64,000 bases of DNA from positions 1 to 64,000 of the forward strand of contig OZ251248.1 of assembly GCA_965240325.2 (NCBI GenBank), in the 5' to 3' direction. Both the position numbers and the translations under genes were made by a program. Below the pieces are notes generated by a model. That model did no database searches, had not been told where the DNA came from, and saw only the letters and a program-made list of their open reading frames with translations. Positions 22,532 through 34,566 of the stretch are shown here, piece after piece. This DNA comes from Rebecca billardiae RCC1528 (Eukaryota; Protista; Haptophyta). Positions within the stretch are counted from its first letter, which is position 1, and every line of letters begins with the position of its first letter.

Positions 22532-25151
22532 TCAGCGCTGCTCGAGCGCGCCCTCGCGCGCCGCGCGGTCGCCAAACTTGTCCTGCGCGCGGCGCGGCGC
22601 GGGGCGGGCGGCACGCCTCAGCCGTCAGCGGCGCGCGGCGGCGCGCGGCGGCGCGCGGCGGCGCGCGGCGGCGCGCACCGTCTGCGCGATGAAGAGGTCG
22701 GCGTACGGCGCGTCCTGCCGCAGCGAGATGAGCCCGTCGCTCGCGAGCACGAGCAGCTCCTGGAAGCACCCGGCGACCACGCGCTTCTTGCCCGCCGCGC
22801 CGCGCGCGCTCGTGTCGCTCGCGAGCGCCCGGTACGAGAGCGGCGCGCCGCCCGCGTGCTCAAACGTGCGCCGCAGCAGCCCGAACATCATGCGCGTGCG
22901 CTTGGACCAGCTGGCGGCGCGCGCGCCGCCGGGCGCGGCCTCCTCGTCCTCCGCGCCCTCCTCCGCGCCGTCGACGGTGGGCAGCGACACGCCGTACGAC
23001 GTGGCCTCCTGCGCGCGCGCGCGCGCAGCGGCCAGCGCTCAGCGCGCGGGCGCGCGCGCACGGACGCGCGCGCGCGCGCGCACGGACGCGCGCGCGCGCG
23101 CGCGCGCGCGCGCGCACCGGCCGCTCCGCCGCGTCGCCGTCGGGCGGCGGCGGCTCCGCCGCGTCGTCGGGCACGTACTCCTCGGCGGGGTCGTACGGCG
23201 GCGGCTCGTCCTGCGCCCCAAACTCGAGCGCGCCGCCCTCGGGCCCGTCGCGCAGCGGCGGCTCGTCCGGCCCGTCGGGCGCGGCGCCGCCCGGCGTGGG
23301 CGGCAGCAGCGCGCCCGAGCCCTCGCCGTCGGCGGAGACGCGGCGGCGCTTGGCGGAGGAGCGGCGCGCCGACTCGGCGAGCGCGTGGTACGGCCGCGCC
23401 GCGTACGCCGCGCGCAGCGCCTCCGCGTCGCCGCGCACGATGGGCTGCGCAAAGAGCGCGGCCGCGTCCGCGCCGTGCAGCGCGGCGAGCCGCGCGCGCA
23501 CGTACGCGCTCCCGCCGCCGCCCTCGGCCTCGTCGGCCTCGTCGGCGTCGGCGTCGGCGTCATCGGCGGCGTCGTCGTCGGCGGCGGCGCGGCGCACCGT
23601 CGCCGACGCGTCCTTGAGCCAGCGCGCCATCTCCTCCGTGCCGAGCTGCGTGTCCGCGTCGACGTGCAGAGAGCCGCGCGGCGCGACGCGCTTGCGGCCC
23701 TGCGCGCGCCGGCCCGCCGCGGCGGCGCCGCCGTCGACGCCGACGGTGGGCGTGGTCTGCGCGGCGAGCAGGTGGTCGGCGCCGAGCACGTCGTCCAGCC
23801 GCGCCTCCTCCTCCTCCTGCTGCTGCGGCTCGTCGCCGCCCATCGGCTCGAGCGGCGGCTCGGCCTCCGCCTCGGGCGGCGGGCCGTCGCCGTCCTCGGC
23901 GCCGTCGGGCGCGGGCAGCCCGAGGAGCTGGCCGCTGAGCGAGAGGCGGTACACGCCGTCCGCCTCCTCCGCGATCGGGATGTCAAACGTGCCTGCGCCG
24001 CCGCGGCGCGCGGCGCGCGTCAGCTCGGCGCGCGGCGCGGCGAGGCGGCGCGCGCCGCGCGCGCCGCACCGTCCGGGTCGAGGCCGCCGCGCGGCGCGGC
24101 GCTGTTGTCACGCAGCGTCTCGACCTCGGCGTCGGCAAAGTGCTCGTACGCGCCGTCGTCCCGCCCAAACTCGAACGCGTCCGCCTCCGCCCCGCCCTCC
24201 GCGCCGCGGCCGCCGTGGTGCGCGCCGAGGCCGAGGCCGAGCGCGCCGTCGTCGTCTGCGAGCGTCAGGTCGCGCGCGCGCGCGCCGTCGTCCGCCGCGT
24301 CGGCGCCCGCGGCGGAGCCGCGGCGCGCGGGGCGGGCGGCCGAGCCGGGCTCGCCGTCGCCGCGCGCGCCCAGCGCCGGCAGCTCGAGCGGCTCGAACGG
24401 CGCGTCGAGGAAGTCTGCGCGCCGCGCCGCGCCGCAGCCGTGAGCGGTGGCGCGGCGGCGCGGCGGCGCGGGGGCGCGCCGCGCCGCGCGCACCAAAGTC
24501 GAGGTCGAGCGCGCTGGCCGTCGGCGCGGCGGTCGGGTTGGTCACCTCGTCGAACCGCCGCGTCGCGTGCTCCGGCGCCAGGTCGACGGGCGCGGGCTTG
24601 AACGCGAGGCGCACCTTGACGACCGCCTCGCCCGCGTCCTCGAGCAGGTACTCGGCCTGGCGCGCGTGGATGCGCACGATGCCGAGGAGCAGGTGGCCCG
24701 AGACGCGCAGCGCGAGGCCCGACTCCTTCTTCACCATCATGCCCACCGAGTCCGCCACGTTCACGCGCATGATCTGCGCGCGCGCGCGCGAGAGAGAGCG
24801 AGGGAGCGAGCGGTGCTCGGCCGGCGGGCGCATGCGGCGGCGCGCGGCCGCGGCGGCGCGGCGGCGCGGCGGCGCGGGCGCGCGCGCGGCGGGCGCGCGC
24901 ACCTGCGTCTTGCCCAGCTTCTTCTCCATGTGCGCCGCGACCCAGACGTGCCCGAGCGCGCCCTTCTTCGCGATGATCGAGTTCTGCGCGCGCCCCGACC
25001 CGGCCGCGCGATCGCGCGCGCGCGGCGCAGCGCGGCGGCGGCGTGCGGCGGTGAGGCACGCGGCGGGCGCGCGGCGGCGCGCGCAACGCGGCGCGCGCCG
25101 CGGTGCGCCGCGCGCGGTGCGCACCGCGTAGGATGACTGCGACTGCGCCAT
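22532..25151 (-). CDS. RAD21: Cohesin alpha-kleisin (Rad21/Rec8 family), 7 exons
   Basis: N-domain IIAKKGALGHVWVAAH...LALRVSGHLLLGIVRIHARQAEYL; C-terminal winged helix KRVVAGCFQELLVLASDGLISLRQDAPYADLFI. Exons 25151-25125, 24983-24903, 24773-24494, 24414-24070, 23992-23118, 23008-22679, 22582-22532, all GT-AG. Rad21 versus Rec8 not resolved. Confidence 0.92.
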
Positions 25152-25364
25152 GGCCGCGCGCTGCCCTCCCCTCGCGCGCTGGCGGCGGGTTGCTCAGTGG
25201 TGTGTTGACCAGTGCGCCGGCCGCACCGCGCGAGTCGAGGCGCCAGCCCTCCACCGGAACGGCCGGGCCCAGCCGGACTCTTCATCCATTTCTTTTCCTT
25301 CTGGCTTTATTGTCTGTCTGAATTCCGCGCGCGGCGACGCGGCTCCGGGAATTCACTCACCGGG

Positions 25365-26705
25365 CTAGCGCCGCCGCGCGCGGCGCGAGAGCGGCAGCGG
25401 CGCCTCGGCCTGCTCGGGCGTGATGCCGACCTGCGTGACCGACCCCTTCGTCACCACCTTCGCGTTCGGCGACTTGCGGTAGCGGCACGGCCGCGCGGGG
25501 TCGGCCGAGTCGGCGGCGGCGGCGACGTCGGCAAACGCCCAGCTCGGCGGCACGGGCAGCCCGCCCTTGTGGCCCGTCGCGACGCCGGCGCCCCTGGAGG
25601 CGAGCGGGCGCGGCGGGCAGTGGCGCGCGGCGGCGAAGACGTGCGCGCGGCGCACGCGCGAGAAGTGCGCGTCCGCCGGCAGCCCCTTCGCCGCCTCGGC
25701 GGGCTCGAGCGGCGCGCCGTGGGCGGTGCGGCCGCTCTTGGACTTGTCGTGGAAGGCGAGCGTGTTCTGGTGCACCGCGCCCTGCGAGAACCAGTTGTCC
25801 ATGTGCAGCGGCTCGCGCCAGTTGAAGATGCGCAGCGGCACGTCCGCCAGCCACCGCCGCAGCGCGTACCCCACCCACACGTCCTCCGAGAGCAGGTTGC
25901 CGAACTTGGCCGCGATGCGCGGGTCGTTGACGCCGCGCGCCTTGGCGCGCTCCACAAACGCGCGCTTGTCGCACGCGGGCACGGAGGCGTTGGCCGCCTC
26001 GCGCGCGGCGGGCGAGGCGAGGAGCGCGCGGAGCACGGCGGGCGCGAACGCGACGAACGACGCGCCGGGGAACGGGAACGGCCCGTAGCACAGCGCGCTC
26101 GCCGCGCCCTTGCACGCGGCGGCGCGCGCGCCCTCCGCGCGGCTGCCCGTGAAGCCAAACCCGACGGGGCAGCCGACCTCGGGGAGCCAGGAGAACCACT
26201 GCCACAGGCCGAAGACGGCGTGGGCGGAGGCGTTGAACGGCGCGCTCGTCGCCATGCGCAGCAGCCCCGGCGGGTGCAGGAACACGTCGTCCTCGCACTT
26301 GGCGATGAAGCGCGCGCTCGGGTAGCGCCGCAGCGCCCACCCAAACCACACCCACTGCTTGGTGAAGGCGGCGCGCTGGCGGCCGCCCGTGTAGTTGAGC
26401 AGGAGCACGTCCGACGCGCCCTCCGCGAGCAGCAGCTCGCGCGCGCCGCGCGGCATGTCCACCAGGAAGCGCGCGTCCACCTGCGGCGGCACCGAGCCGC
26501 GCCCGAGCCACGTCTCGCGGATGTCGCGCCGCAGCGGCGCGTTGTCCGGGCCCGACACGATGCCGATGGCGAGCAGGACGGCGGGGAAGACGCGCGGCAG
26601 CGACGCCGACGCGAACACGTGCAGGTGCGCCGGCGTCGGCGCCGCCGGCCGCCGAGGCGGCGCGCGCGCCGCCGCGGTGGCGTTGGCGGCGGCGCTGCTG
26701 GCCAT
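25365..26705 (-). CDS. GT31-like beta-1,3-galactosyltransferase
   Basis: LAIGIVSGPDNAPLRRDIRETW, RFLV, FIAKCEDDVFL and SEDVWVG motifs; single exon. Start codon uncertain, no clear signal anchor. Confidence 0.82.
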   Translation of the reverse strand: MASSAAANATAAARAPPRRPAAPTPAHLHVFASASLPRVFPAVLLAIGIVSGPDNAPLRRDIRETWLGRGSVPPQVDARFLVDMPRGARELLLAEGASDVLLLNYTGGRQRAAFTKQWVWFGWALRRYPSARFIAKCEDDVFLHPPGLLRMATSAPFNASAHAVFGLWQWFSWLPEVGCPVGFGFTGSRAEGARAAACKGAASALCYGPFPFPGASFVAFAPAVLRALLASPAAREAANASVPACDKRAFVERAKARGVNDPRIAAKFGNLLSEDVWVGYALRRWLADVPLRIFNWREPLHMDNWFSQGAVHQNTLAFHDKSKSGRTAHGAPLEPAEAAKGLPADAHFSRVRRAHVFAAARHCPPRPLASRGAGVATGHKGGLPVPPSWAFADVAAAADSADPARPCRYRKSPNAKVVTKGSVTQVGITPEQAEAPLPLSRRARRR

Positions 26706-26775
26706 GCCGGATGGGTCTCGTCAAAAGTGCTCCTCCCTCGCTTGTACCTGGTACTGGTAGGTGCGGCGGTTAACG

Positions 26776-27433
26776 ATGGCGGCCGCGGCGCGCGAGGAGG
26801 ACATCGACGCGCTGCTCGCCGAGATCGAGGGCACGCTGGGCGCGGGCGAGGCGGCGCACGGGCCGGCGGGCGCGGCGGCGCTCCCGCCGCCCGCGCCGCC
26901 GCCGCCGCGCGCGTCCGCGTCCGCGTCCGCCGCGCCCGCGCCGAGCGGCGGCGGCGGCGGCGGCGCGGCGGCGCCGGAGGACGAGCTCGACGCGCTGCTC
27001 GGCGAGCTCGCGATGCAGGGCGGCGCGTCGCCGCCGGCCGCGCCGCCCGCGCTCGGCCGCTCCGCCGCGCCGGCCGACGCGCCCGCGCCCGCCGCGCGCC
27101 TGCGCGCCAAGGGCGGCTCGAGCTCGGCGCTCTCGCTCTCGGAGCCGCCGCCGCGCGTGGACGGGCTGGCGTACGGCCGCACGGCGATGCGCTGCACAAA
27201 GTGCGCGCCCCGCGCGCTCGGCCGCGCGCGCGGCGCGCGCCCCCCCGCGCCGCCCGACCGCGCGCCCCGCCTCCTCCGCCGCCTCGCAGGTGCGACTTCC
27301 GCGTGTACGTGTTCGACGCGCGCGCGTGGGCGCACGGGCCGGGCGGCGTGGACTACATGCTGCTGCGCAACTACATGCCCGACGCGAGCCGGCTGCTGCA
27401 CGCGCTCAGGCCCGCCGTGGGTGCGCGCGCGCG

Positions 27434-27464
<31 letters not shown>

Positions 27465-27623
27465 CGCTGAGCGCGTGCGCCGCGGCCCGCGCGCGCGCGC
27501 CGGCCCGCAGGCACGCAGGCGTACGCGTGCCAGTGCGCGTGGAGCACGGCGGACGAGTGGGAGCGGCCGAGCGTCGCGTCGTGGCGCACCATGCCCTCCC
27601 TCGTCGCCGACTCGCTCAGCTGA
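26776..27623 (+). CDS. CFAP418: Cilia- and flagella-associated protein 418 (C8orf37 family), 3 exons
   Basis: EDIDALLAEIE N-terminus; RCTKCDFRV...DYMLLRNYMPD...AYACQCAW. Exons 26776-27200, 27290-27420, 27511-27623. Confidence 0.9.
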
Positions 27624-28417
27624 TGGCGATGCCGCGGGGCCGCGCCGCCGCGCGGCGCTCGGCGCGGCCCTCGCCAATATCAGCAGCAGTACCATAGCCT
27701 AGCCGAAATTGACTTATTCTATGATTTATTAAAGACACAGGCACGAGGGCGCAGCTCTCCTGATTCGTCTGTCGAAGTACTGAATGGAGTTGATGGAGGA
27801 TGTCGGAGCGCGTTGGCCGCGGGTGAGGGAGTCGTCGAGTAACCGATGCTGATCACACGGTCACTGAGGTAGTAGGCGCCCGGGGATGCCGCTGTTTTGC
27901 AGTCGTCGTCGGCCTTGGTCATCATGTAGTTGCCCGCGTCGTCGTCGTCCGAGGCTGTTCAAGTTGATGCCGTAGTGCAGGTAGTGGGTGTGGTCGCCCG
28001 GGCCGGGCCCGGTGTGCGCGGCCTAGTGGCCTTGCCGAGTTCATAAGACGGGGAGTAGTCGCCCTTGCCGTTGAGGAAGTCGTCGTCCTGGCCGCTGAGG
28101 GTGCCTGCGCTGCCCAACCGGGCGCGTCTGGCGCGCCAGCGCCGCGCGCGGCTCTACGCCAGCGACGGCGGCACGGCGGCAGCCAGGTCACGGGGGGGGT
28201 CGCCGAGGGACGCGGTGCGAGCCTGCTTGGCCACTACGGCGATACGCGCAATCTTTTCATTTTCGTCCGCTTGCCCGGCTGCCCGTATTTTTCTCGCGCC
28301 ATGGGAAGTGGGAACGAATTCTTGGCTCGGCCGGGACGCGTCCACCCCGCCCCGCCCGACCGCGACCGCGACCGCGGCGCTCTCGAGCGGGTGGGTGGTG
28401 GCGGGGCCGCCGCCGCC

Positions 28418-29547
28418 ATGGACTTCACGCTGGCGCAGCTGCGCGAGGCGCTGGGCGACGACGGCGCGGGCGGCGCGGGCGCCGAGGCGGCGGCGCCGCC
28501 CGCCGGCGCGGGCGCCGCCGGCGTGCTCGCCGCCGCCGAGGCGCACGGCCTGCGCGCGTTTGGCGCGCTGCTCGCGCGCACGGGCTTTGACGCGGCGATC
28601 GAGCGCATGGCGCGCACGGCGGGCTGGGGCGTGACGGTGTTCGCGCCGACGGACGAGGCGCTGCGCGAGGCGATCGGCCACGTCCCGCCCCCGCCGCCCG
28701 GCGTGCCCGCCGGCGCCGCCGACGACGCCGCCGGCTGCGCGCTCGTCGAGCTGCTGCGCGCGCACGTCGCGGTCGGCTCGCTCAGCGCGGCGCAGCTGTG
28801 CGCGACGGGCTCGGTGCAGACGGACGGCGGGATGTGCCACTCGGTGCGCCGCGCGCCCGCCGCCGCCGCCGCCGCCGAGCTCGCCGCGGGCGCGGGCGAG
28901 GGGCTCCGCATCGGCGGCGAGGCCGTGGGCGCGGCCGACCTGCCGCTGCTGGGCGGCGCGGGTCTGCTGCACGTCGTGCGCGGCGTGCTGCCCGCGCTGC
29001 GGCTGACGCAGCACCCGCGGCGCGAGCAGGTGTGGAACAAGACGGTGCGGCCGCAGCCGCGCCTCGCCGTCGGCGGCTCCTTCCTCGCGCGCCACCCCGG
29101 CCGCTGCTGCGCCGTGCTGCGCGTCGAGCTGCGCGACGCGGCCGCGGACGCGCCGATCGAGCGGGGGCTGCGCGGCGGCCAGCTCACGCTGCGCGAGCCG
29201 GCGCACGCGGGGCACGGCGCGGAGGCGCCGCCGCACGCGAGCAGCTCGCGCGCGACGGCGGGCTCCGCCGCCGCCGCCGCCGCCCCCGGCGGCGCGTGCG
29301 GCGCGCGCGCGGCGTCCGCGTTCACGCGCCGGCAGTGGCGGTGCGCGTGGGGCGGCGAGGCGGCGTTCGCCGACGTGCTGATCGTGCAGAAGCCGCCCGA
29401 GCTGCCCAAGGCGAAGAAGCGGCAGCGCGGGGACGGGCACGCGGGGGGCGCGCGGTACCGGCTGGTGTACAGCGTGCGCCGCGTGCCCGCGTGCGCGCCC
29501 GCCGCGTCGGCGACCACGTCGGGCGCGACGGCGGCGGACGGCGCGGA

Positions 29548-29579
<32 letters not shown>

Positions 29580-29910
29580 GCGCGTGCGCGGAGGGGGAGG
29601 AGGTGCTGTCCGTGCTCGACGGCGGCGAGGAGCTCGTGCTGCGCAACTCGTTCCACATGCTCTCGGAGCACGAGAAGAACCTGCGCCGCACCGAGTACCG
29701 CCTCAACGGCGCGAGCGCGCACACGCAGCCGCACACGCCGCACGCGCCGCCGCCGCCGCCGCCGGCGGCGCCGCTGCCCGCGCCGCCGCTCTCGGCGCGC
29801 GCCGCCTCCTCCGAGTCCGTGCTGCTCGGCGGCGGCGCGCAGCTGCCGCCGGCCGCGCAGGCACGGCCGCCGCCGCCCGCGCACGCCGCGCACCGCCCGC
29901 CGCCCTACGA

Positions 29911-29942
<32 letters not shown>

Positions 29943-31017
29943 GCGCGGGTGCGGTGGGCGCCGAGCTGTGCTGCACGCTCGACGGCCTGTGCGCGCGGCT
30001 GGGCGCGAGCCTGGCGGCCGGGCTGGAGGGCGCGGGGCACGGGCTGGCGCTGAGCGGCGCCGAGGCGGACGCGGTGGTGCGGCTGTGGCGCGCCGCGCAG
30101 CGCGGCTTCCGCGCCGGCTCGCCGCAGCCGCAGCCGCCGCCGCTGCTCGGCGCCGCCGTCGCGTCGCCGACGCGCGCGCCGCGGCCGCTGCTGCGCGCGC
30201 GCACGCCGAGCGACGCAGCGCTCGGCGGCGCCGCCGCGGAGCACGACGCGACCGAGCTGCGCGCGCGCACGTCGGCGATGCTCGACGCGTTCATGGCGCA
30301 CCGGCCCACCCTGCCGCAGCTCCGCGCGCAGAACGTGCTGCGCGGCGACGACGACGAGCCCACCGCCGTGGCGGAGGTGGGCGCGCACATCGAGGCGCTG
30401 CTCGCGCACCGCCCCTCGCCCGCCGAGGTGGCCGCGTCGCCCGTGCTGCGCGGCGTGCTCGCCGACATGGCGGGGATCGCCGAGCGGCTGTCGGCGTTCC
30501 TGCAGACGCGGCCGAGCGTGGAGCAGCTGCGCGCGCAGCACGTGCTCGACGCGCTCGACGAGCCCGCCGCCGCCGACGGCGGCGGCGTCGGCGTGCAGAG
30601 GCCGCGGTGCGCGCCGCCGGCCGCGCGCCGCGCCGCGCCGCGCGCGCAGCTCCGCCGCGCGCCGCTCACCGCCGCGCCCGCCGGCGCGCGCCGCGCAGGA
30701 CGGCCTCGGCGGACCTCTCGTCCACCTCGCCGCTCGTCGTCGGGCCGGCGCCGCGCGAGCCGCCGCTCGCCGCCGCCGTCGGCGCCGTCGGCGGCGGCGA
30801 GGGCGAGGGCGTGCGCGAGCGCGGCGCCGGCCCTCCGCTGCTCGAGGCCTCGGGCTCGCTCGGCCGCGCGCTCGCGGACGCGCTGGGCGACGCCGACTTT
30901 GCGGCGCTGCTGCTCGAGGGCGCGGAGGACATGGTGCTCGCGTCGCCCACCGCGTCGGACGCGCGCGAGCCCACGCCGCCGCCGCACCCCGCGCTGCACG
31001 CCGCCGGCGACGGCTGA
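28418..31017 (+). CDS. FAS1-domain protein with a putative beta-sandwich DNA-binding domain and three RPEL motifs, 2 exons
   Basis: FAS1 motifs VTVFAPTDEAL and LLHVVRGVL. RPEL-like LDAFMAHRPTLPQLRAQNVL, IEALLAHRPSPAEVAASPVL and LSAFLQTRPSVEQLRAQHVL. Exons 28418-30606 and 30699-31017; GCCGCCATGG start context. Confidence 0.8.
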
Positions 31018-31524
31018 CGGCCGGCCGGTGGGCGACTCAGTCTCAGAGTCAGAGGCGGGCCTTGCGACGATCCGGATCATAATCTTATATCTAGTTGGCC
31101 GTGGCGTCAGGCAGATCCTCGCGCTCAGCTGATGAATTGATGCTGCTGTATATCCATAAATGTGGTTACGAGACAGGCGGACGGCGGACCCTCAATAACC
31201 ACGCAAGGCAAAATCATCTCAACCCCACGCGCCCAAAACCGTATTGATGCGGCATAATCATAAGGGCGAAGCAGCATCTGACCCCGCGGGTAGGCAAGCC
31301 GAATGAGGGCGCGGCCAATCACATTGAACATCGGGCGTTGATGGCTACTTTATGATCGTTGACCGTGAACGCTGATGAGTGATGATGAGGCCCACATGTA
31401 TTCGCCAATAGTTCGTGACGATTGCCACTACCTCCATACTCATTCACGAGTTGCCGCCCGTTCAGTCTGACCCAAACACCAGCCTGCCGCGCAGCCCAGC
31501 CCCGCGCAACTTGCTGCGCACACG

Positions 31525-34185
31525 ATGACCAGCTCCACCCCGCCACCCCGCGCCGAGCCGGGCGCGCCGCGCAACGGCTCGGCGGCCACCGTGCGCCCCA
31601 CAGCGTGCCACTCCTCGCCCGACCCCGCCTCGCCCGCGAGCGAGCGCCCCTCCGCCGCCGGCGCCGAGCACCGGCTGCTCGGCACGCCGCAGCACTCCGC
31701 CCACGGCGGCGGCGCGCAGCCGCAGGGCGAGCTCGAGCTCAGCCTCGACGTGCCGCCGCGCGCGCGCTGGTCGGGCGCGTTCGTCGACGGCGCGCTCGAG
31801 GCCGCGTACCGCGAGGAGCGCCTCCGCCCCTCGCTCCTCTCCGCGCTGCACCGGACGGGGTGCGCGCTGCTCGCGCTCGCGGCACTGACGCTCGGCTGGC
31901 GGCTCGGCGCGCAGCCGCGGCTCGACGCGCCCGCGGCGTACCTGCCCGCGGGCGTGGGCGGGCTTGCGCTGTGCACGCTGGCGGTCGCGCGCCTCGCCGC
32001 CCACCGCCGCTGGTCCTGGCGCGCGCTCGAGCGCGCGCTGCTGTGCGCGCTGCTGTGCGCGTGCGTGGGCGCGCAGGCGCCCGAGCCGCTCGGCTCCGCG
32101 CGCGCGCGGGAGCAGGAGGAGGCGGGCGCGCGCGAGCTCCTGCTCGACGACGGCGCGCTGAGCGCGATGCGCTTCGCGCTCGCCGTGCTCGCCGCGGGCC
32201 TCCTCACGCCGCTCCGCCCGCCGCTCTTTGCGCTCGTTGGCGCGGCCGCGTGCGCGGCCGCCGTGTGCGCGGCCGAGGGCGTCGTGCTGCGCGCCGACCA
32301 CGCCGCGCGGCCGCAGCGCGCGCGCGGCGCGCGCGCGGCGACGCACGCGCTGCTCGTGCTGCTCGTGTGCGCGGCGCGCGCCAAGGACCTCGCCGCCGAC
32401 CAGGCCCTGTGGTTCCTCCGCCGCACCGTCCGCCAGAAGCTCACCGGGCGCGAGAGGGCGCGGCTCAAGCGAGCGCGCGCGCAGGCGGCGCAGCGCGCGC
32501 GCTCGCACCTCCTCCGCGCCGTCATGCACGGTGCGCGCGCCGCCCGCCGACCACCCGCCCGCCCGCCCGCCGGCGACACCCTGCTCCTCAGCGTGCCCCC
32601 CCCCCCCCCCCCCCCTTACGCGCGCGCGCGCCGCCGCCGCGCGCAGACCTGCGCAGCCCGCTGGTCTCGGTGCACGCGCTGGCCACGCGCGTGGGGCACG
32701 CGCTGCCGCAGGGGCTGCAGCTCGGCAGCGCGCCCGTGCAGACGTGCGTGCGCGCGATCCGCGACGCGGCGCTGCGGATGGAGCGCACGATGGAGGCCAT
32801 GCTCGACTTTGAGCGCATCGAGGCGGGCGCGCTCGGCCTGCAGCTCGGCGCGGTGCGGCTGGACGCGCTCGTCGAGAAGGCCGTGGAGGAGTGCGCGGCC
32901 GAGGCGGCGGCGGCGGGCGTCGCGCTGAGCGCGACGCCCGCGCCCGCCGAGCTGCGCGGCGCGCGCTTCGAGGGCGACGCGCGCCGGCTGCAGCAGTGCG
33001 TGGCGATCGGTGCGCGCCGCGCGAGCCCGCGCGCCGCCGCGCGCGCCCGCCAAGCCGACCCGTGCCGACCCGTGCCGCCGCCGCCGCTGCCCCCGCTGCG
33101 GCTGCGCGCGCGCGCCCGCAGGGCTGAGCAACGCGCTGCGGCACTGCGGCGGCGCGGAGGAGGCGGGCGGCGCCGTCAGCGTCAGCCTCGCGCGCTGCGA
33201 GGGCGGGGCGGAGGCGGGGTGGGCGCGGGTGCGCGTGTGCGTGGGCGACAGCGGGCGCGGGCTGAGCGGCGCGGAGCTCGCCGCCCTCTCGCGGGCGGAG
33301 CTTTTCGCCACAGTGGGCCGCGGCCAGCTGGGCGGGCGCGGCGGCGCCGGGCTCGGCCTGCCTCTGGCCGCGCGCGTCCTCGCGCTGCACGGCGGCTCCG
33401 AGCTGCGGCTGCGCTCGCAGGGGCTGGGGCGCGGCGCCTCGTTCGAGCTGCTGCTCCGGCTGCGCGAGCTGCCGCGCGACGGCGGCGACGGCGGCGGCGC
33501 CGGCGGCGACGGCGCGCACCGGCCGCGCGCGCACGAGCCCGCGCCGCCGCGGTGGTCGTCGCGCGCGCCGCACGGCGCGCGCCCCGCGGCCGCGGTGCGC
33601 GCGCTGCACGTCGACGACGACGCGTTCGTCCGGCTCGCCGTGCCGCCCGTCACGCTCGGCGCGCTCGGCATCGCGCACGACGAGGCGGAGGACGGCGCGG
33701 CCGCGCTCGCGCTCGTGCGCCAGCGCGGGCTCGACGCGTACTGCGCCGTGCTGCTCGACAACCAGATGCCCAACATGACGGGCGCGCGCGCGGCGCGCGA
33801 GCTGCGCGCGCTCGGGTACGCGGGGCTGCTGATCGGGCTGACCGGCGATCCCGCGGGCTGCGAGGACCGGCGGGCGTTCGAGGCGGCGGGCGTGGACGCG
33901 GTGCTGGACAAGTCGTCGGACGGGCTGGCGGCCGTGAGCGCCGCGCTCCGCGCGCTGCTCGAGCACGGCGAGGATGCGGCGCGCGCGCTGCTGCGCGAGC
34001 TCGCGCCGCGCGCGCCGCAGCCGCCGTCGAGGCAGCACTCGCACTCGGCTGCGCGCGCAGACGCGGGCGCGGATGGGGCCGACGCGGACGCAGCCGGCGG
34101 CGGAGAGCCGGGCGGCGGCGGCGCGGCCGGCGGCGAGGCGCATCGCCGCGTCAGCGTCGACATCAGACGTGACGAGTGCGGCTGA
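31525..34185 (+). CDS. Membrane-bound hybrid histidine kinase (TM-HisKA-HATPase-REC), 3 exons
   Basis: H-box AVMHDLRSPL, N-box LSNALRH, G boxes DSGRGL and GAGLGL, receiver LHVDDD...LLDNQMPNMTG...LTGD...DK. Exons 31525-32530, 32647-33009, 33122-34185. Confidence 0.93.
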
Positions 34186-34566
34186 CCGGCTGACGCACGC
34201 CCGGCGCGCGCGCGCGCTGCTGTGTGCGCGGCGGCGGGAGGCCGCACGCAGCCGGGCGCGCATACCACGCGTGCGTTGAGCTAGCCGCCGCCTGCTCGCG
34301 GCCGGTCCGTAGTCCGCCGCGTTCGTGCCATGCGCCGATACAGGGCATCCGCCGCCGCGTCGCACCGCCGGGCGCCCATGCCGCCACGGCCCGGCGCGCG
34401 TTATACGCCGCCGCCACTAGCGCGCTACTGATGCTCATCACCGCCAGCCCGATCGGGCCCGATCCGTCGCCTCGCGGCTCAGCGGACTGGCGAACCGCGA
34501 GCGCGTCATCATCGTCCGTCGTGCGGCTTAACTCAGACTACTACGACTGGCTGCTGCTATATATAT

